This document shows, piece after piece, positions 26,701 through 38,700 of a stretch of DNA of 64,000 nucleotides. A model generated the notes under the pieces. That model did not search any database. It was not told where the DNA came from and saw only the letters and a program-made list of their open reading frames with translations. Position numbers and translations under genes: made by a program. The stretch's first letter is position 1. Every line of letters starts with the position of its first letter. Origin of the DNA: Phoronis australis (lineage: Eukaryota > Animalia > Phoronida); assembly GCA_002633005.1 (NCBI GenBank), contig NMRA01000538.1, positions 186,001 to 250,000 on the forward strand, written 5' to 3'.

Positions 26701-27590
26701 TGACCAACGTTCCTTTGTTTATGTTCACTTACTGTAGAAAGGTGACACAACACGACTACGGACTTTACAGAATTCACAAACACCATGCAAGTCAGATGAG
26801 ACGGGAAAGCAGTTAACATGGTATTTTGCAAGTGTTGTACTCTAAAATTGAGTGTCGGCATTATTGAAATATATTTGATCAATAAAGATGACCAGGGACC
26901 GAGAGAAGGTGCTTCTCAAACATACAAGTTGTTATGGAGGAAATTGGTGAGGTTTTGCGGAAGGTATTGGTAAATATGAAGGGCACCATATTAATGCATA
27001 TTCCAGTTCCAGTTAGTGTATGTACTTCGATGGCAGAAGTGTTTGACTTGATCGGGAGAAACAAATGATTATGACAAGCATCGAATCAATTTGAACAGGC
27101 CTGTGCCTCAGGATAAGCAGATGAATTCGTAAAGAACAGTTGCTCGGTCAAGACTAATGGCTGACAGCCATGTACATTTTCATAGGACTGTCTCAAAACC
27201 GCGTTATGAAGAACAACTAGGAAGCACACTGGCTTTTCAAGAATTACTTTTTTCCAGTTCCCATGTCCAATTTCAAATGGTGAATAACATGTTACATATT
27301 AAAACACAGACGAGCAAGTGAAAATCGGCTCTGTGAATTGGCTAAAAGAAGCAATTGCGTGAAACCCATTTTCAACATTAAAAAGTATCTCCAGATTTAT
27401 GTGCTGTAACATGGTGTAGGAAGCAAAATTATTTGTATCAATTTCACTTGGTAGTCTTCATCTAACACTTAATAACTCCATTATGTGTTTCTTCTCATTG
27501 CATGCAATCTACCTGTCTTGATATTAGAAAATTGCTGTTTTCAGTATGCAAAAAAGCCATTTTCATCAAAAACATTTTAAAGCACACCAG

Positions 27591-27680
27591 AAAGGAGACA
27601 CACCGTTACATCTAGCATCAAAGAAAGGACAAGCAGCAATGATCAATGAAGTCAGCTGTGACGTGGCTGCAGTGAACATG
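27591..27680 (+). CDS. Most canonical ankyrin-like exon (GDTPLHLA)
   Basis: cag|AAAGGAGACACACCGTTACATCTAGCA...GTGAACATG|gtattt. Confidence 0.5.
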
Positions 27681-30600
27681 GTATTTTGCAAGTGTTGTGA
27701 CATCGAGTACTGGGAATTTCTTTAGCCTTCGGCCATAACAAACAGTGAAAGATTAGAAGATGTGTGGAGGATGATGGGCGATATTAATAATTCCGTTCCT
27801 TTTTACAAGTGACAAATTGATATTGACATTCCCAGAAAGGTGTTGAACATTCCAAATGAATGCACCTTCTTTCGCGGGTCTTCATTCCCCAAACTGCATG
27901 TAAGAACATGAAAGTTTGGCGCTCCAGCTCCCACGAAGAATAACCCACCCACCGATGTGTTCATTTCAAACCAACATTCTCATGTTTATGCTCACTTACT
28001 GTAGAAAGGTGACACACTGCTACTATGGGCTTTACAGAATGGACAAACACCGATGAGCACGGAAGGCAGATGTGACATCAATGCAGTTAACAAGGTATTT
28101 TGCAAGAGTGTTATACTCTCAAATTGAGCGCTGCCATTATTTCTGCTCTCAAACACAACATAGAGAGAACGATTAGGAGAGGTGTTAAGGATGATAGTTG
28201 ATAATGATATTTCCGTAACTTTTACAAGTGACAAATTGATATTGACATTCACAGAAAAGTTGTCGAACATTGGAAAGGAATCCATCTCGTTTCCTGTATC
28301 TTCATTCCCCATAGTGTTTGTAAGAACATAAAAGTTTGGCGCTCCAGCACCCACTAAGGATAATACACCCACCGTTGCGTATATTGCTGACCAACGTTCT
28401 ATTGTTTTCGTTCACTTACTGTAGAAAGGTGACACACCGCTACTATGGTCTTTACAGAATGGTCAAACAGCGATGACCATGCAAGTCAGATGTGACATAA
28501 ATGCAGTTAACAAGGTATTTTGCAAGAGTTTTACTCTAAAATTGAGCGGTAGCATTATTGAAATAGATTTGATTAATAAAGATGACTAGGGACCCAGGGA
28601 AGATGCTCCTCAGACACACAAGTTCTTATGGAGGACATCGATGAGGATTTGCGGAAGGTATTGCGAAAATACGAAAGGCACCATATAACTGCGTAATCCA
28701 GTTCCAGTTAGAGCATGTACCGGAAGTGTTCGACTTGATCAGCAGAGATGGCAAGCAACGAATCAATTTGAACAGGCCTCTGCCTCAGTTTACACGATTG
28801 AATTCGTGAAGACAATTGGCTCGGTCAGAAATAATGGCTGACAGCCATACACATTTTAATGGGACTGTCTCAAAACCGCTTTACGAGAAAAAGGAAGAAC
28901 ACAAAACTTTCCAAGAATTACTTTTTCCGGTTGCCATGTCCAATTTCAAATGGTGAGTAACATGTTACATATTCAAACAATGACGAGCAAGTGAAAAGCG
29001 GCTCCCCAAATTGGCTAGTAGAAGAACTTGCGTGAAACCCAATTCCAACACTAAAAAGTATCTCCAAATTTATGTGCTGTAATATGGTGGAGGAAGCAAA
29101 ATTATTTGTATTAATTTCACTTGGGAGTCTTCATCAAACACTTACTAATTCCATTATGTGATTTTTCTCACTGCATGCAATCTACATGTTTTGATATTGG
29201 GAAATTGCTGTTTTCGGTATGCAAAAACGCCATTTTCTTCAAAAACATTTTAAAGCCTATATTTAACATATCAAGAGATCAATAAGTGCAAAATTTGCCT
29301 TTTTGTATCATATGCACACCAGAAAGGTGACACACTCCTACACAAGGCATCTAAGAAGGGACAAACAGCGATGATCAATGAAGTCAGCTGTGACGTGACT
29401 GCAGTTAACAAGGTTTTTTGCAAGTGTTGAACTCCCAAATTCAGAGCTGGCATTACTTTGTATCAATTTCACTTTGTACTCTTCATCTAACACTTAATAA
29501 TTCCATTATGTGTTTCTTCTCATTGCATGCAATCTACCTATTTTGATATTGGGAAATTGCTGTTTTCAGTATGCAAAAACACCATAGTCTTCAAAACATT
29601 NTTACCCACCAACCGCTGTGTATATTGCTGATTAATGTTCTCTTATTTTTGTTCACTTATTCACTTACTGTAGAAAGCTGACACACTGCTACTATGGGCT
29701 TTACAGAATGGACAAACAGCGATGAGCACGGAAGGCAGATGTGACGTCAATGCAGTTAACAAGGTATTTTGCAAGAGTGTTATACTCTCAAATTGAGCGC
29801 TGCCATTATTTCTGCACTCAAACACAACATAGAGAGAACGATTAGGAGAGGTGTTAAGGATGATAGGTGATAATGATATTTCCGTTAATTTTACAAGTGA
29901 CAAATTGATCTTGACATTCACAGAAAAGTTGTCGAACATTGGAAAGGAATGCACCTCGTTTCCTGTATCTTCATTCCCCAAAGTACTTGTAAGAACATAA
30001 AAGTTTGGCGCTCCAGCACCCACTAAGGATAATTCACCCACCATTGCGTATATTGCTGACCAACGTTCCATTGTTTTTGTTCACTTACTGTAGAAAGGTG
30101 ACACACCGCTACTATGGTCTTTACAGAATGGTCAAACAGCAATGACCATTCAAGTCAGATGTGACATAAATGCAGTTAACAAGGTATTTTGCAAGAGTTT
30201 TACTCCAAAATTGAGCGGTAGCATTATTGAAATAGATTTGATTAATAAAGATGACCAGGGACCCAGGGAAGATTCTTCTCAGACATACAAGTTCTTATGG
30301 AGGGCATCGATGAGGATTTGCGGAAGGTATTGCGAAAATTCGAAAGGCACCATATAACTGGGTAATCCAGTTCCAGTTAGAGCATGTACCGGAAGTGTTC
30401 GACTTGATCGGCAGAAATGGCAAGCAACAAATCAATTTGAACAGTGTTCTGCCTCAGTATACGCGATTGAATTCGTGAAGACAATTGGCTCGGTCAAAAA
30501 TAATGGCTGACAGCCCTACACATTTTAATGGGACTGTCTCAAAACTGATTTACGAGAACAAGGAAGCACACTAACTTTCCAAGAATTACTTTTTCCGGTT

Positions 30601-31563
30601 GCCATGTCCAATTTCAAATGGTGTGTAACATGTTACATATTCAAACAATGATGAGCAAGTGAAAAGCGGCTCCGCAAATTGGCTAGTAGACGAAATTGTG
30701 TGAAACCCAATTTCAACACTAAAAGGTATCTCCAGATTTATGAGCTGTAATATGGTGGAGGAAGCAAAATTATTTGTATCAATTTCACTTGGGAGTTTTC
30801 ATCTAACACTTACTAATTCCATTATGTTTTTTCTTACTGCATGCAATTTACCTGTTTTGATATTGGGAAATTGCTGTTTTCGGTATGCAAAAACGCCATT
30901 TTCTTCAAAAACATTTTAAAGCCTATATTTAACATATTAAGAGATCAATAAGAGCAAAATTTGCCTTTTTGTATCTTATGCACACCAAAATGGTGACACA
31001 CTCCTACACATGGCATCTAAAAAGGGACAAACAGCTTAGATCAATGAAGTCAGCTGTGAGGTGACTGCAGTTAACAAGGTTTTTTGCAAGTGTTGAACTC
31101 TCAAATTCAGTGCTGGCATTACTTTTGCCCTCGAGTGAAAGATTGGGGGAGGTGTTGAGGATGATGGATGATAACTGTATTTCCGTTATTTTTAGAAAGA
31201 ATGTGATTTGCCAAGACCTCTGCATACAGTTTTTGCATAAAAATGACCACCGATGATAGTACTCAGAGTGAATTAGATTTGATTAATAATGATGACCAGG
31301 GATTCAGGAGAAGATGCTTTTCAGACATACAAGTTGTTCAGGAGGAAATCGATGAGGATTTGCGAGAGTTATTGCGAAAATATGAAAAGGGGGCACCATA
31401 TAACCACGATAAGCCAGTTCCAATTTAGTGCATGGACTTGAATAGTCGAAGTGTTCGACTTGATTGCCAGCGACACAGATCCATATGCCAACCAATGCAT
31501 ATATTTCAACATGCCTTTGCGACAGTAGTAGAAGCTCTTGAGTGACACCCACTTTCAACACTA

Positions 31564-32845
31564 AACAAGAGCAACGCAGAGCATTGAAATGCGCCCAGAA
31601 TGCATCGCAAATGGTGTGCTTTTAGGGTTATTTATTTGTATCATAAAAATGGCCACTAGATGGCGCAAAAACATACAACCCATCAAAAAACTGGAACATG
31701 CCATATTTCATAAAAATGTGTCAAGGAACTTCAGAAAAACAAAGGAAAACAGAATAAAATGAAATTCCCACTTAAGTGGGACAGTGTCTGTTGGATCCGC
31801 CTGAAAGTAGTTGAAATCTGTTATCTTCATTACAAATACACTCAATAAATTTAATAAAGATCCTGCAGTGGGTTTAAGAGATAGAGCTATGGGCACAAAA
31901 CAAAACAAAACTACCACTAGGAGGAGACACAGTAGTCAGTTGCCATCATCAAACGTCGTCCCCTATACACTGGGAACATATATGCCATTTTTTAAAACCA
32001 TCCCTAGAATGATTTGGTTGATAGAAGGGTGGATGCCAAACACCAGATTCGAAAACAGCAAAAATGGCCACCAGGTGGCGCAAAATACCTTGATTCCATC
32101 CAAAAACAGGAGGATAGCGTCACCTCACCAATAGATGCCTATATTCAAAATTTTATGAAAATCTGTTAAGGACCTTTGAACATACAGAGTTAAACGTAAA
32201 AAACTGAAATTGCCACTAGGGGCCACACCAGCAGTCAGATCCGTCCTAACGTTGTTGTCCTTCATTGTCTACATCATATGAATACACTTTCTAAATTTAG
32301 TAAAGATCCTGCGGACGATTGAGGAGATACAGCCACAAGCGCAAAACAAAAACTGCCACTAAGAGGTGCCACAGTAGTGCAAATCGTCGGAAAATCACCG
32401 TCAGTAATCCACTTCTTAGTAAGACGATACATGCCAATTTTCACAATCATCCTTTAAGCAGTTTGGTTGATAGAGGGGTGGACACAAAAAAAAACAGTAA
32501 AAATGGCCATTAGGTGGCGCAAACTACATTGAACCCATCAGAAAATGGCAGGACAGCATCATCTGACTAATAGATGCCTATATACCACATTTTATGAAAA
32601 TCCGTTCAGGACTTTTGAAGATACAGAGGTAAACTTAAAAAACTAAAATTGCCACTAAGGGGCACACCGGTAGTCGGATTCATTCGAAAGTTTGTTCATG
32701 CCGTCCCATCCACAGAAGGAACACGTGCAAAATTTCATGAACATACATCAAGGCGTTTTGGAGATAGAGCAGTGGACGCCGGACAGACGGACGGATGGAG
32801 ATGACAGCATAATGCATCCACATATAAATATGTGGGCGCATAAAA
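31564..32845. mobile_element. pearl/HINE (Helentron-associated, DINE-1-like) non-autonomous element, copy 1, inserted in the ankyrin array
   Basis: Starts AACAAGAGCAACG, ~145-bp internal subrepeats, GACA/GACG microsatellite remnant, hairpin CCACATAT-AA-ATATGTGG, ends GCATAAAAA; interrupts the array motif CAACACTAAAAAGT in an A-run with no TSD. Homologous to 44405-45994. Confidence 0.75.
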
Positions 32846-35495
32846 AGTGTCTGCAGATTTATCTGTTGTAAGGAGGTGGAGGAAGCAAAATTATTTGTAT
32901 CACTTTCACTTGGGAGTCGTCATACAACACTTACTTATTTCCTCATTGTTTCTCTTATTACATGCAATCTACGTGTTTTGATGTTGGAAAATTGCTGTTT
33001 TCGGTATGCAAAAAGCATCATTTTCTCCATAAACATTTTAAAGTCTATAGTTAAAAATTAAGAGGTCAATAAGTGAAAAATTTGTCATTTTTGCATCCGA
33101 TGCACACCAGAAAAGTGACACACTCCTACAGTGTGCATCACAGAAAGGACAAACGGCGATGATCACTGAAGTCAGCTGTGACGTGGCTGCAGTTAACAAG
33201 AGATTTTGCAAGAGTGCTGTGCTTACTCTCATATCGAGCACTGGCATTTCTTTTGCCTTCGGCCAGAACATACAGTGAAAGATTTGAAGACGTGTAGAGG
33301 ATGATGGGTGATAATGATATTTCCATTATTTCTACAAGTAGCAAATTGATATTGACGTTTACAGAAAAGTTGTCGAAGATTGGAAAGGAATGCACCTTGT
33401 TTCCCATGTCTTCATTCCCCAAACTGCATGTAAGAACATAAAAGTTTGACGCTCCAGCTCCCACTAAGGATAACCCACCCACCTCTATGTTTATTGCTGA
33501 CCAACGATCTCGTTTTCATTCACTTACTGTAGAGAGGCGACACTCCGCTACTATGGGCTTTACAGAATGGACAAACAGCGATGACCATGCAAGGCAGATG
33601 TAACGTTAATGCAGTTAACAAGGTATTTTGGGAGCGACACAGTGGCAGATGTACCACATAACAAAGCACCTCCCAACAAGTATTATAATCTAGAGGCCTT
33701 TTCCAGACAGTGAACTTATAGAGAATTGAGGTGAATTAACAACACACAGATAAGATCACATGAGGGGCAGTGGGCTCAGAGAGCAAGGGCTTCCCTTCAA
33801 AAGGTGCCCCCTGTCCTCATGACAAAGGCTTCCTGACAATAGCTCTATAGCGAGCCAGCCAACTGCACAAATTGCTTGTGCAGTATTACGTAACCATTGA
33901 CAAGGCCTTGGAAGAGGTCAGAATGGAATTCACATATATAGCTTCATATTGAAAATTCTGAAAGCACAAGAGTCAGAAAGTCCCTGTTTGACAGTCTGGA
34001 GGCATCCTGTTCTTAGCAAGGGAGTGATTGCCTGTGCCTCTTTGTGTCCAGAACGCATTACAACTACCAAGTTGTGTAAGCAATTGACAACACTGGCTCA
34101 AATTCTGAATCTGTGAGAGAACAATCGGCACATTCTCGGCACATTCTCGCCACGTTTCAAGGGCACGACATACGAGTACACCGGAAATATTACATACAGA
34201 TTTCCTGAATCCACACTCCATGTAGAAAATAAATGATGGCACAGTTGGAAGGTATCGAGAATGAGACTTCAAAGATACTGACTTCAATGAGTTGAGCATT
34301 GCTATAAGGACTATCTATTAGACATTATCTTAGGTTGAGGTCATGATGATACATTCGGCAGAGATAAATGGGATAAGTAAACACAGGTAATTAAATGATT
34401 TTTCTACAAAAATGGTCAACTAAGAGGAGCGATATTTCAGAGCAACAATTATTTTAATTTCATACCTTTTGATTAACAATTCACGACTCGCACCATAACC
34501 CAAAGGTTCTGAACACTGAGGACGATTTTCACAAAATTGCATTGATTTAGAACAGCAACAAGAAATGCACCAAACAATGTGGGTGCATGCCTTTGCTAAG
34601 CTCAACAACTGAAGACAACCAACAAGCAATAATATGGGTCTTAAAATATCAGTGAAAATAAAACAAAGAACTAAACAACAGACAGGTTTAAACCTGCGCC
34701 TTTTGGGCACACCTGATGATGAAAAGTGTGCCTTTTTTCAAAAGGATGTGCCCGGCAGACTTAGTGTAATTAAACTGGTAACCTATAAAACAGAAATCCC
34801 CAAGGGCAATTGGAATAGAGTCTTATTTTACCCAACTGGCTGTAAGTTAACAAGATTTTTGCATTTTTGGAAGAATGTTGTGTTGCTCCACTGTACTTGC
34901 GCCTTTTTATTTTTTTGTGTGCTAATGGCACAAAGGCGCAGTCCAGGAATATCCCTGACAGTAATCGCCCACTTTCACCGTTACACCCCATGATTGACAG
35001 GTGCTTGCAATTCCTAGCACTGAGGAAGGACCAACTAGAAGCGGGCAAAATGCCAGCAAAATATTGCGAGAGACATTACCAAGCATCTCAATTAATACTT
35101 CAAAAATTAGAAATGATCAGCTGATTTAATAATTACACGCTATACAAGATTTTTTTCTCTCAAACACGATAAGAAACCGAACATGGTCGATGTCAAATGT
35201 TGTAATTGTGACATCGTTCCAAACACGAGGAGGCGTGCCATACGCAACCACATTTCCGAGGATAATAATGCAATTGATCTGATGTTCCCATGTTTTTTGT
35301 ACTTGGTATCAGGTCGAAATGAGTACCAGCATCAAACATTTAGTACCAACACCTGTCGTTTCCCGATTTCAATACCAGTACATATACATACGGTGGTTCC
35401 ATTATAAACACTTTGCTTGTAATGCAAGACCAATTAACAATTTCACTGGTTTTTCTGGACCTATTACAACAAAACTATGAACTGTTCAACAAATG

Positions 35496-35717
35496 TCAAC
35501 TACCACTGACTTGAATCTTGGGTTTGTTTCTGTGGTACCGTGTCTCCTGAGGGTCGAAGCCCTGCTCTGTTGCCCCATACACCGCCCAGGCAGGTGTCTT
35601 TGCCATGTAGTCTTCGGCCGTGAATGTCTTGCGACCTTCGCTCTTCAGGTAGTCAGCATTCAATGAGTGAAACTTTGGATAGTCTATCCATGTCCACCAC
35701 TCTCCATTAACTTTAAA
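35496..35717 (-). CDS. TYW1: TYW1 terminal exon 14
   Basis: [16 protein letters not shown]...[38 protein letters not shown]. Confidence 0.96.
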   Translation of the reverse strand, partial: FKVNGEWWTWIDYPKFHSLNADYLKSEGRKTFTAEDYMAKTPAWAVYGATEQGFDPQETRYHRNKPKIQVSGS

Positions 35718-38700
35718 CTAGAACGTAATAAGCTAATGGTATAACAAAACCTGTTCACAGCATACTGTTACAACAGGGACACTCAACTGCAATGGATAGT
35801 TCTGACATGTCAATCAAGCGACTAATTCTAGGACACAGGAAAATATAACCATTGTGATTGTGCCACACCTTAAAAAATAGTGCAAGTGGTCTGATGCATG
35901 TCGCCTCTGACATGTTCATGCTGCTCAGCTGGGCTCACTGCACCAAAAACCTGAATCCATTTTCATTTATTGATAAACACAAATAACACATTTAGATATA
36001 TACACAAATGAAGACTGAGCTGAGCAGCAAGAGACCGGACTCAAAGGTCTAGCAGTGGGGTCCTGTGGAATATGAACCATCTTAAGTCCTACAAACATTT
36101 GCTGGTTATGATAACAGAAAGACATCTTAATCTGCAGTTAATCCCGACTCCACAGGAACTTCAAAATCATAGGGACCCTATTTTGAAAACTTAAGGACTT
36201 CAGGTAATTTGTTAAGTCGAAACTGCATTTTCATTCAAGAATTCAAGTTGTCCTATCGATGACAGCCATGCATCAGTGGGCGAGGTTTTGCCCTGGGATT
36301 TAAACGCAATTTTCTGAAAAATGATCGTAATTAAACAAGGAAGTTTGATCACAATGCACTACAGTTTTGTAGAAAGTCTTTCATAGGTTACAGATACGTC
36401 AGAGCTTAAATTTGACGATCCCTAGCCTACGATTTCACCCATTTTGGAGACCAGGTTTCAGCCCTATTAGGCTGCAATAAGCACCCCCCCCCATTCTGAA
36501 ACGAATGTGCCCTAGGTACTTATTAGGGCGAATACGGTATTCAAAAGCACCAAATTACAAAAAATGAACAAGAGATGGTCCTCTGGGTTCTAAAAGCATG
36601 GGGTAGACCTCATGATCAGCTGAAAATTTTTCTCCGGAATACATGCCAAAATAAAGCCCAAACTGAAATAACATCACCTTGGCAACGTTTCACACATACA
36701 ATTTTCTTCGCTTGTATCCGATGCCTCACACAGAATTGTGCTAAACAACAAGCACAGGATCGACGCTAGTGCCCTCTGTGGAGTTCCTAAACCACAAGAG
36801 GACTAAGTGAAAATTAAGTACTTGATAATACAAACACACATACTCACCTTCTTGTGAGCGATGAGAACACAGTTAGAATGCTCGTGTTCAGAGGCGATCT
36901 CATAGTCTGCCAGTCTGTCTGTGAGTTGACGGACGAAGCCGACCACCTCCTCGTGCCACGGTACGTTCTTCATGGTGAGCGAGCTCGCCTTTGACTCACC
37001 ACAGTAGGTGACACCCTGAAATCAACATCCACAGGTAAAGCAATGGCATGCATGAATACAGTGTTGTTTTACACACTTGGACAAAGTAGAAATAGGAGAC
37101 TTAAAGTTAGGTACACATCAATAATGTTACCGCGGCACATTTTTCAACATGAGAGGCTAATACAATTATGAACACTACAGAATAAGCTAATATACCGTGA
37201 ACAATTGAAATGACTAATGAATTAGGTGGCACACATGAATGGCATGTTTTCCTTAAATAAACAACTACACATTACTACGGAGTCATCGAACACAGTTATA
37301 AAATAAAAAACACCCACCACTTAAACAATAGCTTTGTCAATTGTTGATCAATACAATAAACCAAACACATATTTTACGCTATGCACATGTTCCTTTTAAA
37401 TTGCTCAGTCAATCCTTCCACTCTGCACCAAGCGAGATGGCAACATGACCCATGGTACATTCTGACCATCTTAGATAGACTTTAGATACTCTCTCGATGA
37501 AGGTGATATAATCCAGACTACACCTCAGCCCCATGCATACATTGTGATTCAAGTAGCATAACTATCAATTGACATCCCAGTGCTTACCTTGATCTCAATT
37601 AAGTCAGGTTTTCCTCTTAACACAAGCTGAGCATAGTTATCCAGCTCCTCTGTGTTAAAAGACTTCACCAGTGTAAGCCGGTAGACTGTTCTCTGGCCCT
37701 GAAGAACAGGTAATAAAGACATGTTACAGCCATATTGTTCAGAGGTGCAGAAACATTGAAACAATATAATCTTTCTATACCTATTTTTTCAACATGGTCA
37801 TGATGAAACTGGAAAGTCGACAGTTTTTACTTTCATAAGGCAACAGTCCAGAAGATATCTTAGTTGGTACCAGTATCATCTGTCAACCCACTACATTGCT
37901 CTTGCATATTCTTGTCAAACAAGACACCAGTCTTACTGGAGGCACGCCCCCACTCCAAGACAACCAAATTTTACTTTTAAAACACTGCTTTAATTACATC
38001 ACCTAAAACATGAAAGTGTACTAGAAGTGAACCGTGTAAGTGGTCAGTATCCAAGATGAGTGACACTTGGCCTCTTACTAGCAGCAACACTGCTCCCAAC
38101 AGCTGTACTATAATCAATAACAAACAACACCTTTGCAGTGAGAATGCTTTGTGCTCGTTACCTTCTCAGACAGAGCTTCAAGACAAGCCAGGAACCTCTC
38201 CCAGAAGTCCCTAAAGAGAGGCCGGTCAATCTTCTTTAAACTATCCTTAGTACTGGCATCGACACTAACGTATAGCTGAGTGACTGGGACCAGGTTTCTA
38301 AAACCAGAAATGATACACTACATACAGGATGTTTATCACTTAAGATTTGTTAATTCCACTTTTAAGCTAATTTAAAATCCGAGTTATCCCAATCTTTTTC
38401 TACACGTAACGTGCCTACTATAATCTCAAGTAGAAATGAGAAAGTTAGTGCAAATAAGTAAATGCTGAAAACCTTCGATATAAAAATTCGCATTAAACAC
38501 ACGAAAAAAATTTAAGGACAGAGTAGCTAAGAAAATCACACACAGAGGGTACAGGTGCATATTTTTTTGAAAACTTTTGAAAACTGAAATGCAGTTTAAC
38601 TACCACAACGCATGAGTAGACATTCAGGTATTATTACATGTTATCATCCTATCAAAACTTACACCATACTAATACAATCAGCTCGTCGCTTAAGAGATAT

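Larger units (their letters stand above)
26331..33622 (+). other. Putative ankyrin-repeat gene or pseudogene: 8 intact phase-0 90-nt exons
   Basis: AG|90 nt|GT with open frame at 26331, 27591, 28005, 28425, 29323, 29674, 30094, 33533; e.g. KGDTPLHLASKKGQAAMINEVSCDVAAVNM and KGDTPLLWSLQNGQTAMTMQVRCDINAVNK (ankyrin GxTPLHxA...G...xDxNAxN). No initial or terminal exon found, so function is uncertain. Confidence 0.6.
25270..33630 (+). repeat. Tandem array of exon-intron units, each with a 90-nt ankyrin-repeat-like cassette (12 units)
   Basis: Cassettes: 25457-25546, 26331-26420, 26738-26820, 27591-27680, 28005-28094, 28425-28514, 29323-29412, 29674-29763, 30094-30183, 30989-31078, 33111-33200, 33533-33622. 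Spacers are also repeated (~320-330 bp and ~770-810 bp classes). Confidence 0.9.

Noticed and set aside
26447-33482. Family of similar minus-strand ORFs (e.g. 27992..28372, 29661..30071, 33138..33482)
   Set aside because: Antisense read-through of repeat units; splice signals and the recognisable motif are on the plus strand.
25270-33630. CRISPR-like repeat/spacer interpretation of the array
   Set aside because: Spacers are themselves repeated and hundreds of bp long, the context is eukaryotic and no cas genes are present.
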